Positions 13,949 through 25,155 of a stretch of 38,202 nucleotides of DNA are shown here, in pieces. The stretch's first letter is position 1, and each line of letters opens with the position of its first letter. The stretch covers positions 35,400,682 to 35,438,883 of the forward strand of contig NC_068988.1 in assembly GCF_001194135.2 (NCBI RefSeq). The letters are read 5' to 3'. The DNA comes from Octopus bimaculoides. Taxonomy: Eukaryota. Made by a program: the position numbers and the translations under genes. Under the pieces are notes generated by a model. That model searched no databases. It was not told the DNA's origin and saw only the letters and a program-made list of their open reading frames with translations.

Positions 13949-14717
13949 TTTATGTTTTCACGATCGTAGGTTCCACAGTGAATATCATGGCGCACAAAAG
14001 GAGCCGACACTCCAGCTTCTGCTGCAGTAATAATAACACTTGATATAACAAGCAGGGCTGCATGGTAAAATAATCTGCTACAATCAGAATCATAAACCGG
14101 GTACATTATTTTATATGAATTAATTATTTTGGACACACGAAAGAATTTTGAAACACGTTTCCTTTCCTGGGGCAAACGGTTTCTTGAGGTTTAGTATTAA
14201 GGCCTAATGCACACTTGTCGAGGTACTCCAGAATGACATTTTGTCGGCATATTTTCATTGCTCTATCACTTGTAAGTATTACTACACGTCTATGACGCCA
14301 ACATTCGTGGAGTATATATATTACTAACAACGAAGACGAGGCATCTTCGCAAAATATTGTCCCCATTAAAAAAAAAAAAATACTATCAGAAGTAAATTCA
14401 CAAACCGATTGTGTGCTACTTCGAACTGGCTACTATTAAGGATTTGTAGCAAGTCTTCCCAAGTTTCATGAGCACTGGAGTTTCTTCACTTAAACGAGTG
14501 TCATTGTGTACAAGAATTTCAAGAGAGAAGAATAGGGTAAATCTTCGAGATACGTGCCGTCCCTTTCATGTAAAACTTTTGTTCCACTTGGAAATGTTTT
14601 CCATTATTATATTTACGGTGTATTTATTAAGATTCTACGAAATGTTGTAATATCCATAATCAATGGGTAGAAAATGAAATATTTATTATGTAGGGTACCG
14701 TGAACGAATAAAAATAC

Positions 14718-15030
14718 AAGTGTCATTGCATTCGTGTAAGTTTAGTTAACGAAAGCTGCCTCGAAGAATTTGTGATATATGTAGCGACAATTACATCTAG
14801 GATAAATTCAAATGCAAATGATTATAGAAAAATAGTAACAAATAGATTTAAGAACTTATTTCATCACCATAGCTGCTAATTTTGAACTTTACAACGAAGA
14901 TCGGACAAAGAATTGACAGCGCTTGTATATTACTTGAAACAGAGAAACATGCCTCAAAGCGCCAGTATGTATGCAATTATAAAATGTTTGCTATCGCTTG
15001 TGAACGATGGAAGAAGCGATTTATTCTGAA
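14718..15030 (+). mobile_element. Degenerate Penelope-like element (PLE) GIY-YIG endonuclease remnant
   Basis: One frame reads KCHCIRVSLVNESCLEEFVIYVATITSRINSNANDYRKIVTNRFKNLFHHHSC*F*TLQRRSDKELTALVYYLKQRNM. This follows the PLE pattern CxC...CL...VIYxATV...YIGxT.N.FK.R...H...F.....T.LS..IW.LK; two stops. Confidence 0.6.
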
Positions 15031-15922
15031 ATAGAAAACCAATATTTTCAGCAAAAGTCATCATGCTCCTAGATGCGAAAATATCTACTTACGAATCGTG
15101 AAAATGGACCATTCGCCTTAAGCTTTCCATATATACTAACAGATAAACATATATGCAGTAAAAACGCGAACAGGCACAAAAATGTATACGCAATAACGAA
15201 TATACAAATATAAAAGTAAAATGAAAAGTGGATAAGCTTCCCTTTGCATGTGGCAAATTTGGAATTGCATGGACTGAATTGACTGGCGTCCAAGGAGAAA
15301 GATGCAGGGTATTAAGCTATTAACGTGGAAATACTAAAATGAAATATCAAGTTAACATTATTATCAATTATAGCAATATATGTGTGCTTCTGTGTGTTTG
15401 TAATTTTCATTTATGTACGATAACTTATTCTGGTATATTAGTTTTTAAATATTCCCATTGTTACTATATGTACTAACTGTATGGAAATGTAGAGGGATGT
15501 TTTTCATTTCATCCAGTTTAAGATAATATGAGAAATAAAAAGAGAATGAAGTAGAGGTAGATCGTAAATATTTTCAAATGAATACGTTAAATGACGAAAC
15601 CATATGCCAAGCTATGCAATATTAAGTCGACAGACTTCTATGCAACTGCCTATTATCGCTTCTATTTGTATTTGTATAGAGAATCGAACACGCAGACATG
15701 AATATAACACAAAATGTAGTTAATGGAACCACCTACTTCAAAATTGAAACATGACGGTAAAAATATTATCTTTCTCTCTTTTTTTTTGCGCAAAAAACCG
15801 CATGTGTACGTGGACTTGATTCTTAGTTACCTGAAAAACGGGAATAGTTCAAATAGAGTTGTTGTAATATAGATGAATTACAATCCAGTTATTTAACATA
15901 CACATACATACATACGTATATA

Positions 15923-15970
<48 letters not shown>

Positions 15971-16781
15971 CTGTATAAATGAGCAGTAGAGTATGGTATC
16001 ATTCGTTAGCTTTTTTTCTACTGCCATATACACTCATACGCACATACCCAAACACCCAATTACACAAACATGCACTTTGACATTATGTTCTGACAAAATA
16101 TCTTAACAACGAACTTTGAACTATGTCTATAGCGACATTTTCATTTTCCTATTATTTGTCAAACAATATCTTAACATATCTCGTTATTCGAACATTCTTC
16201 TCTGACTGAACTTTACAAGAACTTTCTGAATTTAACCGTTTTATTTTTGTAAGTCTTTGCATGAATTTCCATTTAATATATCAACATGCTGTATGGAATA
16301 AAATGAAATCGAATTCCATGAATCATTCTTAAATTCGAGTCATTTCTACTTCCTTAGTAATATCTTTAATGCTTACATGTGATCGCTAGCTTTGGAATGT
16401 CGTTATTTAACCAACTCTTCATTTACACAACTTAAACTACATAATGTGCGGATGATATGGTTTACTACTCCATTATTTCAGCATAAAACGTCTATATATA
16501 TGAAAGCTGGAATCTTTACTATTTATGCAAGCGCCAAAAGTTAATACAGATCAAAAACAACCAATCAGTTGGAAGTTCAGATCTTCTGTTGAAGCAATTT
16601 CAGTAACAAGTTATCAAACCAAACGAAAGGCTTAGCAAAAATGACATTAGCTATGCACAACATCTATTCGAGTTAGTTTTCCTTTGCATGAAATAATGCA
16701 TTCTATTCTATAATTAAACACACACGAATACATATACATAGATATACATGTATATATGCGTGAGTATACATACATATATAT

Positions 16782-16851
<70 letters not shown>

Positions 16852-16964
16852 TTATATATTTATACATGATGGCTCCAAATTGATTTCAAGCAATACTTTT
16901 GCTTCATGGTTCCATTGAATATGAGCAGCACAGAAATGGCATTTCAGTCCTGTTACGGACTTAC

Positions 16965-17305
16965 GCTCTTTTGGAAAAATGTGACAACAGTGGATGCCTT
17001 GTGCAGTGGGTGTTCAAATAGTTTACTACCGACGCTAACATATGCCTTCGTTCCGTCATGTAATTTTACAGTGAGTATTTTGTTTTGCCATTCTTTCGCT
17101 ACAGCTAGACTTATTATGCAACATATAATTAAGATATTAATAGAGATGGTAATCAAACGATGCCTGAGCTTGAAGCTGTTTAAATTGCACAGTATCGTCC
17201 TCTCACTGAATAGCGTATGCATTTGGTAAAGAAGGACTTGTTTACATCATTGGATACTAACGAAAGAGAACCTATTACACCAGAGTTATCTTTCACTTGG
17301 GAGAC
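16965..17305 (-). CDS. Candidate start-codon exon of an unidentified signal-peptide/anchor protein
   Basis: Strong acceptor (ttttgtttacag|G at 17305), in-frame upstream stop, ATG at 17222, 86 open codons to a GTAAGT donor. The hydrophobic stretch LITISINILIICCIISLAVA ends in an A-X-A motif. A competing + strand ORF overlaps it. Confidence 0.25.
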
Positions 17306-17714
17306 CTGTAAACAAAATCTAGAGATCTCTAGCTCCCAGTTGATGGGTAGTCGTTAACTCTATAGAGATCATCCATCATTTCACAGGTTTTGTTTTCCAT
17401 CCTGCTGCATGTCCAACGGAAACATCAGTACAATATACACACACATACATGCATACACACATACATACATACATACATATATACATGCATGCATGCCTGC
17501 ATAAATACATATATACATATATAATGCATGCATGCATGCATACATACATACATACATACATTCATATATATTATATACAAACATGTATGCATACATACAT
17601 ACATATATGAGGCTATCGACTACTTACCGAAGATGCACGTCACTGACAGTTAGGAACATTGTGCACTCCAACAAAATGAAACTTTACTCTTATGGCTCTG
17701 CTGAGGACTAATGT

Positions 17715-18560
17715 GTCTGCTTTTTGATGAATATGCAGTTCGCGGCTATTGTACACCAAAATTCCTGCATCTACTACACAAGTGGTGTGGTTCTGAGGAA
17801 TGCGCTTAAATTCTGCCTGAAACATGCATGTTTTCTCTCTGAAAATACCCACTTCTTCCTTTACTTTTATTTCATTGGTGGCAATGACAAGCATTGCTTC
17901 TCAATTAACCTCTTACATTTCACATTCCTTCATCTTTGCCTCTACACGATCCTTAAATAGAAGTCAATGTTTCCACTGAGGCACTTTCTACAGACAAGTT
18001 CACCACATACTGTCTGCTTAGAGTTCCTCTGATCTTTTATCCGATCAAGGTGTCCAGTCAATCGTAAACGGTGTTCGTGCACCATCGCCTCAATGCTCAG
18101 AACGTCGGCTATCCTGAAGACCTATGACTCTCTAGTCCGCAAAAACCAATATTTAGAATGTTTTTCATACATCTCTGATGGAATTCTCCATGTACCCTTA
18201 CATGATACCAGTAAATGGGCCATGTCTCTCATAAATAAAGGAACACACACACGCACACACATACACATTGTGCACGGCAAGTTTTGCTTGCTGTGTGATG
18301 CACTGTTTAGGACAGATACAAGACTCAAGATCTCTGAAGGAATAAGTTGTCTTCTGAGCCTTTAAAAATATTTGATCATCTAAATTGCAAGGACCCTTGT
18401 AGATAAACTTGTTTACCACATTCAGTAATCTTCTCTACTACATAGGTGGTGTCACATGAGTTTCCTAGTGCAAGCTGAAACATTAAAACAGTCTTGTTCA
18501 GGTTATCGCTGAGTCAAGATGCCCTGTAACATGTATAACTGTGCTGCATGATAATTTTCA
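17715..18560 (-). mobile_element. RTE-clade LINE remnant (3' half of RT and C-terminal region)
   Basis: Frameshifted motifs NLNKTVLMFQ, VNKFIYKG..NLDDQIFLKAQKTTYSFRDLES..AKLAVH and VFRIADVLSIEAMVHEHRLRLTGHLDRIKDQRNSKQTVCGEL match RTE consensus (KFTYLGS, LDDEI..RI.KA, SIEA.....QLRWAGHV.RM.D.R.PKQ...GEL). Confidence 0.8.
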
Positions 18561-18859
18561 ATTCTTCACATAAATGTTGTCCATGTTCAAGATTGTGTAT
18601 CTTATTACTTCCTCTTCCTGAAGACTTAGTATCTCTATCCCTCCTTCGCTCATAATTCACTCATCCTAGTCATCCAACTAATCATTACCGACCATCTTCA
18701 TCCCGGATCAATGTATTCGACTTCTAACCCGATCCAGGACATTTTCTAAATTCTTTCTTCTTAAAACATCTGTAATTCTCTGTCATTACAAACACACTCC
18801 AATAGCGTTTCAAATGCATATAGACATAAACAGATGCATGCACACACACACATATCTAT

Positions 18860-18942
<83 letters not shown>

Positions 18943-19653
18943 ACTATCTATATATATATNNNNNNNNNNNNNNNNNNNNNNNNNNNNNNNNNNNNNNNNN
19001 NNNNNNNNNNNNNNNNNNNNNNNNNNNNNNNNNNNNNNNNNNNNNNNNNNNNNNNNNNNNNNNNNNNNNNNNNNNNNNNNNNNNNNNNNNNNNNNNNNNN
19101 NNNNNNNNNNNNNNNNNNNNNNNNNNNNNNNNNNNNNNNNNNNNNNNNNNNNNNNNNNNNNNNNNNNNNNNNNNNNNNNNNNNNNNNNNNNNNNNNNNNN
19201 NNNNNNNNNNNNNNNNNNNNNNNNNNNNNNNNNNNNNNNNNNNNNNNNNNNNNNNNNNNNNNNNNNNNNNNNNNNNNNNNNNNNNNNNNNNNNNNNNNNN
19301 NNNNNNNNNNNNNNNNNNNNNNNNNNNNNNNNNNNNNNNNNNNNNNNNNNNNNNNNNNNNNNNNNNNNNNNNNNNNNNNNNNNNNNNNNNNNNNNNNNNN
19401 NNNNNNNNNNNNNNNNNNNNNNNNNNNNNNNNNNNNNNNNNNNNNNNNNNNNNNNNNNNNNNNNNNNNNNNNNNNNNNNNNNNNNNNNNNNNNNNNNNNN
19501 NNNNNNNNNNNNNNNNNNNNNNNNNNNNNNNNNNNNNNNNNNNNNNNNNNNNNNNNNNNNNNNNNNNNNNNNNNNNNNNNNNNNNNNNNNNNNNNNNNNN
19601 NNNNNNNNNNNNNNNNNNNNNNNNNNNNNNNNNNNNNNNNNNNNNNNNNNNNN

Positions 19654-19702
<49 letters not shown>

Positions 19703-19721
19703 ATATATGAAATCAAAATAA

Positions 19722-19982
19722 GCAATCATTACATCAAGTTAAATGCAGTGCCACCTTCAGCAGCTGCGCAAATGAATAAATGGAATTCATGTTGTCGCTA
19801 TTGTAGCTAAGAATAAACTGTCTATTCTTAGCTACAATGGTGACAACGTGAATTTCTTCCATCTTCTTGCTCTGTTAAAATATTTAAGAAAAATTATATG
19901 AATGTGTCCTACTTGTTAAAATTCAGTTTATTTATTTGTGCAGCTGAAGATGGTATTGCATTTAAATTGATGTGTTGATTGC
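19722..19982 (+). ncRNA. Long two-stem fold-back; candidate structured RNA
   Basis: Inner stem 19782-19815/19823-19856 has 34 bp with 4 G-U, no mismatch and a 7-nt loop. Outer stem 19722-19786/19921-19982 has ~62 bp with 6 G-U, 4 mismatches and a 3-nt bulge. Paired by hand. Confidence 0.5.
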
Positions 19983-20228
19983 ATTGTTCAATTAAATGGA
20001 GCCGCTTGAAACGGTCGTACTGCATTACTACTTGATATCCTGTTGCTTATTTTGATTTTATTCACCTTACATCGAGCTGTGCGGATAATACCGAACTGAC
20101 TTGGTGCTTTAAGTACCTAATGCTACACATATAGTCAGTTCGAATAAACCAACAATATAGTTAACAATAACAGACAAGAAGACGTGCACAAGGCATGTAT
20201 TAATTTGATATACATTAAAAAGGGAGAA

Positions 20229-20265
20229 CTTTCGACGTTTCGCTCATAGATCTTTGTCGGAAAAG
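20229..20265 (-). mobile_element. Degenerate PLE-type minimal hammerhead motif (pseudo-LTR remnant)
   Basis: Reverse strand CTTTT-CCGACAA-AG-ATCTATGAG-CGAAACGTC-GAAAG: stem I CTTTT/GAAAG, GAAAC-GUC core intact, CUGANGA mutated to CCGACAA. Confidence 0.4.
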
Positions 20266-20311
20266 TGAAAGGGAAAAATCCAAAGAAAGAAAAGATATTG
20301 CCAACATCGAT

Positions 20312-21167
20312 GAGGTCAATATAAAGATATTCACGCGTGAATAAAAAAAAAATGGTAAAGCAGCCTGCTGGGTGTTAACAAGTATGTAGAAAACGAATAT
20401 GAAAAAAAATTGCGCTAACGACCCTGGGGGTGGGAGTGGGGAGAGGGCTTTCGGAAACTTCCCAAGATCCTATTTTTCCGTCATAATTTTTGGTAAAATG
20501 GACGTAGATTGATTAAAAAAAAAATCCGAAAAAAGTTTTTAAAAAGTTAAAAAAAAACTCACTTTAATTTCACATGAATCACTTAGTCATATTACTGCGG
20601 TAAATTACTGTGAAAAAAATCTTTGCAGAAAGTTGAGTAGATTGATTACATTATGTTATCGCAGTTTTGTGAGATTTGGCTGTTATTTCTAGCATGTGGC
20701 TAATCTGCTTGAAGGCCTAGGGGTATATATTTTATTTTATTTTTTTTGTTGAAAAATTGAAATTTTATAAACAAACGTTTTTCAGCATCGTAATCTTCGT
20801 ATTGTTCTACGTATTTCACAAAAAAAAAAAAAAAAATCGGAAGAAGTGGAAAAGGAAAGGGGGGGGGGGCGTGTGCGTATGTAGGGGGAATTGAAATTTT
20901 GAAAATGCGATTTTTGAAATTTTTTTTCAGAATTGGATCCTCCATAACCAAAAACGTGGGATTCTGTAAAAAAGAAAAAATCAATGTATATCCATTTTGC
21001 CGAAAGTTATGTGAATTTTCCAAAAGTCCTCTCCCAACTGAAGCCCAGGGTTGTTAGCGCGATTTTTTTTTTTGTTTCATATTCGTTTTCTACATACTTG
21101 TTAACACCCAGCAGAATAGTTTATTATTTTCCTTTTGTTCACGGGTGAAGATCTTTATATTGACCAT
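20312..21167. mobile_element. Non-autonomous DNA element with ~200-bp terminal inverted repeats (Sola2-like or foldback)
   Basis: The arms share a perfect 40-bp inverted match (20365-20404 vs 21075-21114), with imperfect homology out to GGTCAATATAAAGAT and in to ~20515/20975. The left end begins GAGG; CGAT flanks both ends. No transposase. Confidence 0.7.
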
Positions 21168-22444
21168 CGATTGTAAGTATATACAAAGTAATTAATATTA
21201 CATCATTTCATGCGTCATCCAACATCACCGATGATTTGACGACTTTTAAAATGAGAGCTGTTGGCTTTTGCTCAAATTTAGTTCAAAATGACTTATCGTT
21301 TCAAAGGTAGACTAAAAACTTATAAAACCTTTTTTTTTTTTTGTTTACGAACTGTTGTTTCAAAATGCTATGAAGTTAAATATATTCCACAGTCGTGTCT
21401 TTCAAATCGGTTTCAGGCAGAGATGTATGAGAATTTAGTGAAGGCGGCAGCGATTTGTTTACATAGCTTCCAATCTCTTATGCTAAATTTTGGCTTGTTC
21501 GCAGTGTTTTGAGAAGATTGATTAGCATCATGAGATTTCGATTAAAAATTGCTATTTCTAGTATATATTTTTGTTTTACTTTTGCAAAGGAATATGTCCG
21601 TTGCTAAAGCTGTTTTGTGGTAAAAACTAAACTTTGGTGAGTTTTGGGCCCAATATGTTTCTATCCGCTTACATATAGACAAAAGAAGAGTCATAATGGA
21701 CAATTTGATTACACCGAAGTCTATCTGGGTTTAAGTGTAAAAACCAAGGTAGGTGACAAAAATTTCTATTTCATATTAAGTAACAGGGTTAAGTTACGTA
21801 AAACAGTCTTAGTGTGACATGTTAGGTGATGGTATTGTTTTTATCAACATAAGCCTTGATTGTAAAAGTGAAATTCCATTTGGTGTATGTAGTATTTTGT
21901 CATGAATAATGCATCCTTCGCAAGTAAATCGTCTTTCTCTTACTTGTGACATGGGAAATACATCTGTGAGTGATTTAGGTTGGAGGAATCAGTATAACTG
22001 TAGAAATAAACGTTCAAAAAAGCATTTTGTTTCCCCATCTTTGATGTTGACGGTGGCACGCACGCACTCAAGCACGCAAGTACACACACACACACACACA
22101 CGCCCCCCACACACACACACGCACACACAANNNNNNNNNNGCCCCCCACACACACACACGCACACACAAATCATGTTTTAATTGGAACATCATTTCTACC
22201 CGTTTCAGGAAACCTAGCCTCTTGATAGTTATTTGCTCAGGAAAAAATCCTTTTGCATTTCTCTTGAAAATTCTCTTGCCCTAGCCTTCACAATCAATTA
22301 TTATGTAAATACCCTGTTAGTGGTGTAGACTAATCTGTTTCGTTCTCTCAACTTTCCATCTGTTCCTTGTGCATCATCTTGATTTTACTTCGGCGTATCT
22401 TACAAAAATTCCGTTATTCATAAACAGTATCTTCAAAAGCCTAT

Positions 22445-22618
22445 ATAGGAGCGGGCGTGGCTGAGAAGCCTGCTTCCCAAACATTCAATGTTGGATTCGG
22501 TGCCACTGTATGGAACCCTGGACAAACATCTTCCACAATAGCTCCGGGCTGGCCAGAGCCTTGCTAATGGAATTGGTAGATGAAACTAAAATATCCCATC
22601 ATATATGTATATGTGTGT

Positions 22619-22664
<46 letters not shown>

Positions 22665-22901
22665 GTGTGTGTGTGTGTGTCTTTGGTTTTGTGTTATGCC
22701 TGTCCCCGTTCCACCGTCTCGCAACCGGTGTTGGTTTGCCTACGTCCCCGTAACATATAGGTTCTGCAAAAGAGACCGGTAAAGTACGTGCCTGGTTTCA
22801 AAATTTAAGACTATGATCGATTTTTGGACTGAAATCCTCAAAGCAGTACCCTAACATGGCTGCAGTCGAATATCGGAAAGAAATTAAATAAACAAATAAA
22901 A
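22445..22901 (+). mobile_element. SINE family A, copy 3
   Basis: ATAGGAGCGGGCGTGGCTG...internal (TG)n...CAACCGGTGTTGGTTTGCCTACGTCCCCGTAAC...CATGGCTGCAGTC. Confidence 0.8.
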
Positions 22902-24184
22902 CATAGCAATCCATTTCTAACATTAAATACCAGTTATACTAATGCTAAAAGTAATAAAATTTTATTTTAGAAGTGATTATTTTCGATTTTTCAGAAAAAA
23001 ATTCCCTGCCCGTTGAAGAAATTTGCCTGCTAACCTAATATGACAACTAAAACCTATAGCGACCAAACTCCATATTTGAAGAGATGTGCAATTGTGTTCC
23101 ATGACCTGTGTTGTATGTCTGTGTGTGTGTGTGTCTGTGCATAGATGTGTATGTGTGTGTGCGCACATGTGTGTGCCTGTGTGTGTGCCTATGGGCGTGT
23201 GTGTGTTTGTGAGGTGCATATATGTGATATGTATGTGTGTGTATATATATGTTTGAATGTGTATATGATGTACTGAATGAGATATATCACATGAAGACTA
23301 TAAAATCACGTAACTTCACTGCTTATCGTTCGTCCACTGTTAATTACCTCCCGTTATCAGTGCTAATCCGAGCAGGTACAATGGATCTGAATTGTAACCG
23401 CAATGAATGTAATTAGATAGAAGAGCTACCTATACCGTACAACTCCACGAGGTGCTGGATAAGCGGCCTCCGTTGTTCTCTATGAAAGGGGAGAATTTTT
23501 CCGACATCTGTTTCCTCAAGCTACTACGCTTCAGCAAAGATGAAATAACTGCTTCGTTATTAGCGGCGGTGGTAGTATTTGTTCAATTTTGTGATCTGCA
23601 TATCATACGTAAAACGTATACATTGTTGAAAGTTTTCCAACCTGCGGTTTTCGTATCGAGAAAGCATATCGTTCAGAAAAAAAGACAACAAAAAAAACAT
23701 AGAAAAATATTTGCAGCATGGAGAAAACGTTAGGCAGCGTCGGTGAAATTGCTAAAAGATTCGGATGTTGCTTCTTGGAGTTGCACTAGTAGCAAGTAAC
23801 CAGAGGCACCGCAATCTAGGCGAAAATCGAATGCTAGTTTTTATAGATTAACAATGATCGAAATGTCAAAAATGTCGTATTTGGCCGGAAAGGCGCATAA
23901 CATCTCATTAGCAACAAATCATTATTATTGCCTTAAGTATGATATACAGCTTGCTAAGTTGAACTAATACTGCTTCCATTGCTGACAATAACTTTTTGTT
24001 CAGCCTGCCAGCTTAATGCGGCATCAGGTACTCTTATTCACTGTTTCCCTCAGCTAGCGGTCGATTTTTGCTTAGCATGGAGTGCCACTCGATACATGAC
24101 TCTGATGAAGCTCAAAACCAGATATTCGGTTTTAGTAATGTCACTATTACTGCTAAATGCTTTCCTCTATTTCTGACACGTTTC

Positions 24185-24430
24185 TGTCTTAACATTAAAC
24201 GTCTATAAGTGATGCTTTCGCGATACGCATACTACACTTCAGAAGGCTTTCAACAGTATATATGCATTACGTATGATTTGCCGATTACTAATTATAATTG
24301 GTATAAGCAGGTTTATCAGATGGTGTTGCCTCCATGAAGAGATGGTCTCTATTGACCCTTTTAGACTATAGTTCCTATGACACAGTTTACCCACATCAGA
24401 AATCTACGTTTCCTGGTCAACTTCTCCAAA
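24185..24430 (+). repeat. Diverged local duplication, copy 1 (copy 2 at ~24905-25155)
   Basis: Shared blocks AAACGTCTA, ATACTACACTTCAGAAGGCTTT, CTAATTATAATTG, CATGAAGAGATGG and AATCTACGTTT..TGGTCAAC occur in the same order and spacing. Confidence 0.85.
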
Positions 24431-24498
24431 AGTAGACACTCAGTTTTAGAAATGCCAATGCTACTGCCGAACGTTGTTCATCTACATCTGATACACAT

Positions 24499-24640
24499 CT
24501 GTTCTATAGTTAAGAGATGAGGAATATGTACATTATTTACATTGTTTACATTTGACGGATAACCACTACGGGCATATGGCGTAGTGCTTAAGAGCGCGAG
24601 CTATTAACCCCAAAATTCCGAGTTCGATTCCAGGCAGTGA

Positions 24641-24721
<81 letters not shown>

Positions 24722-24896
24722 TAATAATAATAATGATAATAATAACATCGGAAAATACCTTAGGAATGAGAAAACGGTTTCCAAATTTCCTGAAGACACC
24801 TGATGAAGGCAGGAGGGTATATCAGCCGAAACGTTGTGTTAACAACAAACAAGATGAGGACAAATACCCGTCAAATGTAAATAATGTAAATAATGT
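24499..24896 (+). mobile_element. tRNA-headed SINE with internal (AAT)n, hammerhead-bearing 3' part and inverted 5' extension
   Basis: A-box TGGCGTAGTG (24577) and B-box GAGTTCGATTCC (24620-24631); (AAT)n at ~24645-24743; hammerhead at 24795-24840. 24530-24558 is the reverse complement (28/29) of 24868-24896. TGATACACAT is repeated at 24489-24498 and 24896-24905. Confidence 0.8.
24795..24840 (+). ncRNA. Minimal type I hammerhead ribozyme (Penelope-type)
   Basis: GACAC-CUGAUGA-A-GGCAG...CAGCC-GAAAC-GUU-GUGUU: stem I GACAC/GUGUU, full catalytic core, stem II with one A-A mismatch, palindromic AACGUU stem III. Confidence 0.7.
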
Positions 24897-24904
24897 GATA
24901 CACA

Positions 24905-25155
24905 TGTGTCTTATGTAAAACTAAACGTCTATTAGAGATGCTTTCACAAGATGAATACTACACTTCAGAAGGCTTTTAGCAGTATATATGCTTTAGATAA
25001 AATATGCACATTGCTAATTATAATTGCTTTTAGCAGGGTTACAAGATGGTGATGGCTACATGAAGAGATGGCCTATGTTGACTCCTTCCACCTATAATAC
25101 CTATGATACAGTCCCCCTACATCAGGAATCTACGTTTGCTGGTCAACATCTCCCT
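24905..25155 (+). repeat. Diverged local duplication, copy 2
   Basis: Collinear with 24185-24430. Confidence 0.85.

Noticed and set aside
21590-21748. Two adjacent + strand exon-like segments with strong donors (GTGAGT at 21637, GTAGGT at 21749)
   Set aside because: The implied intron is only 42 nt and the first segment has stops in all frames; the second (QKKSHNGQFDYTEVYLGLSVKTK) is unrecognised.
22100-22170. Direct repeat GCCCCCCACACAC...CACACAA on both sides of a 10-N gap
   Set aside because: This is a typical unmerged contig overlap, i.e. an assembly artefact.
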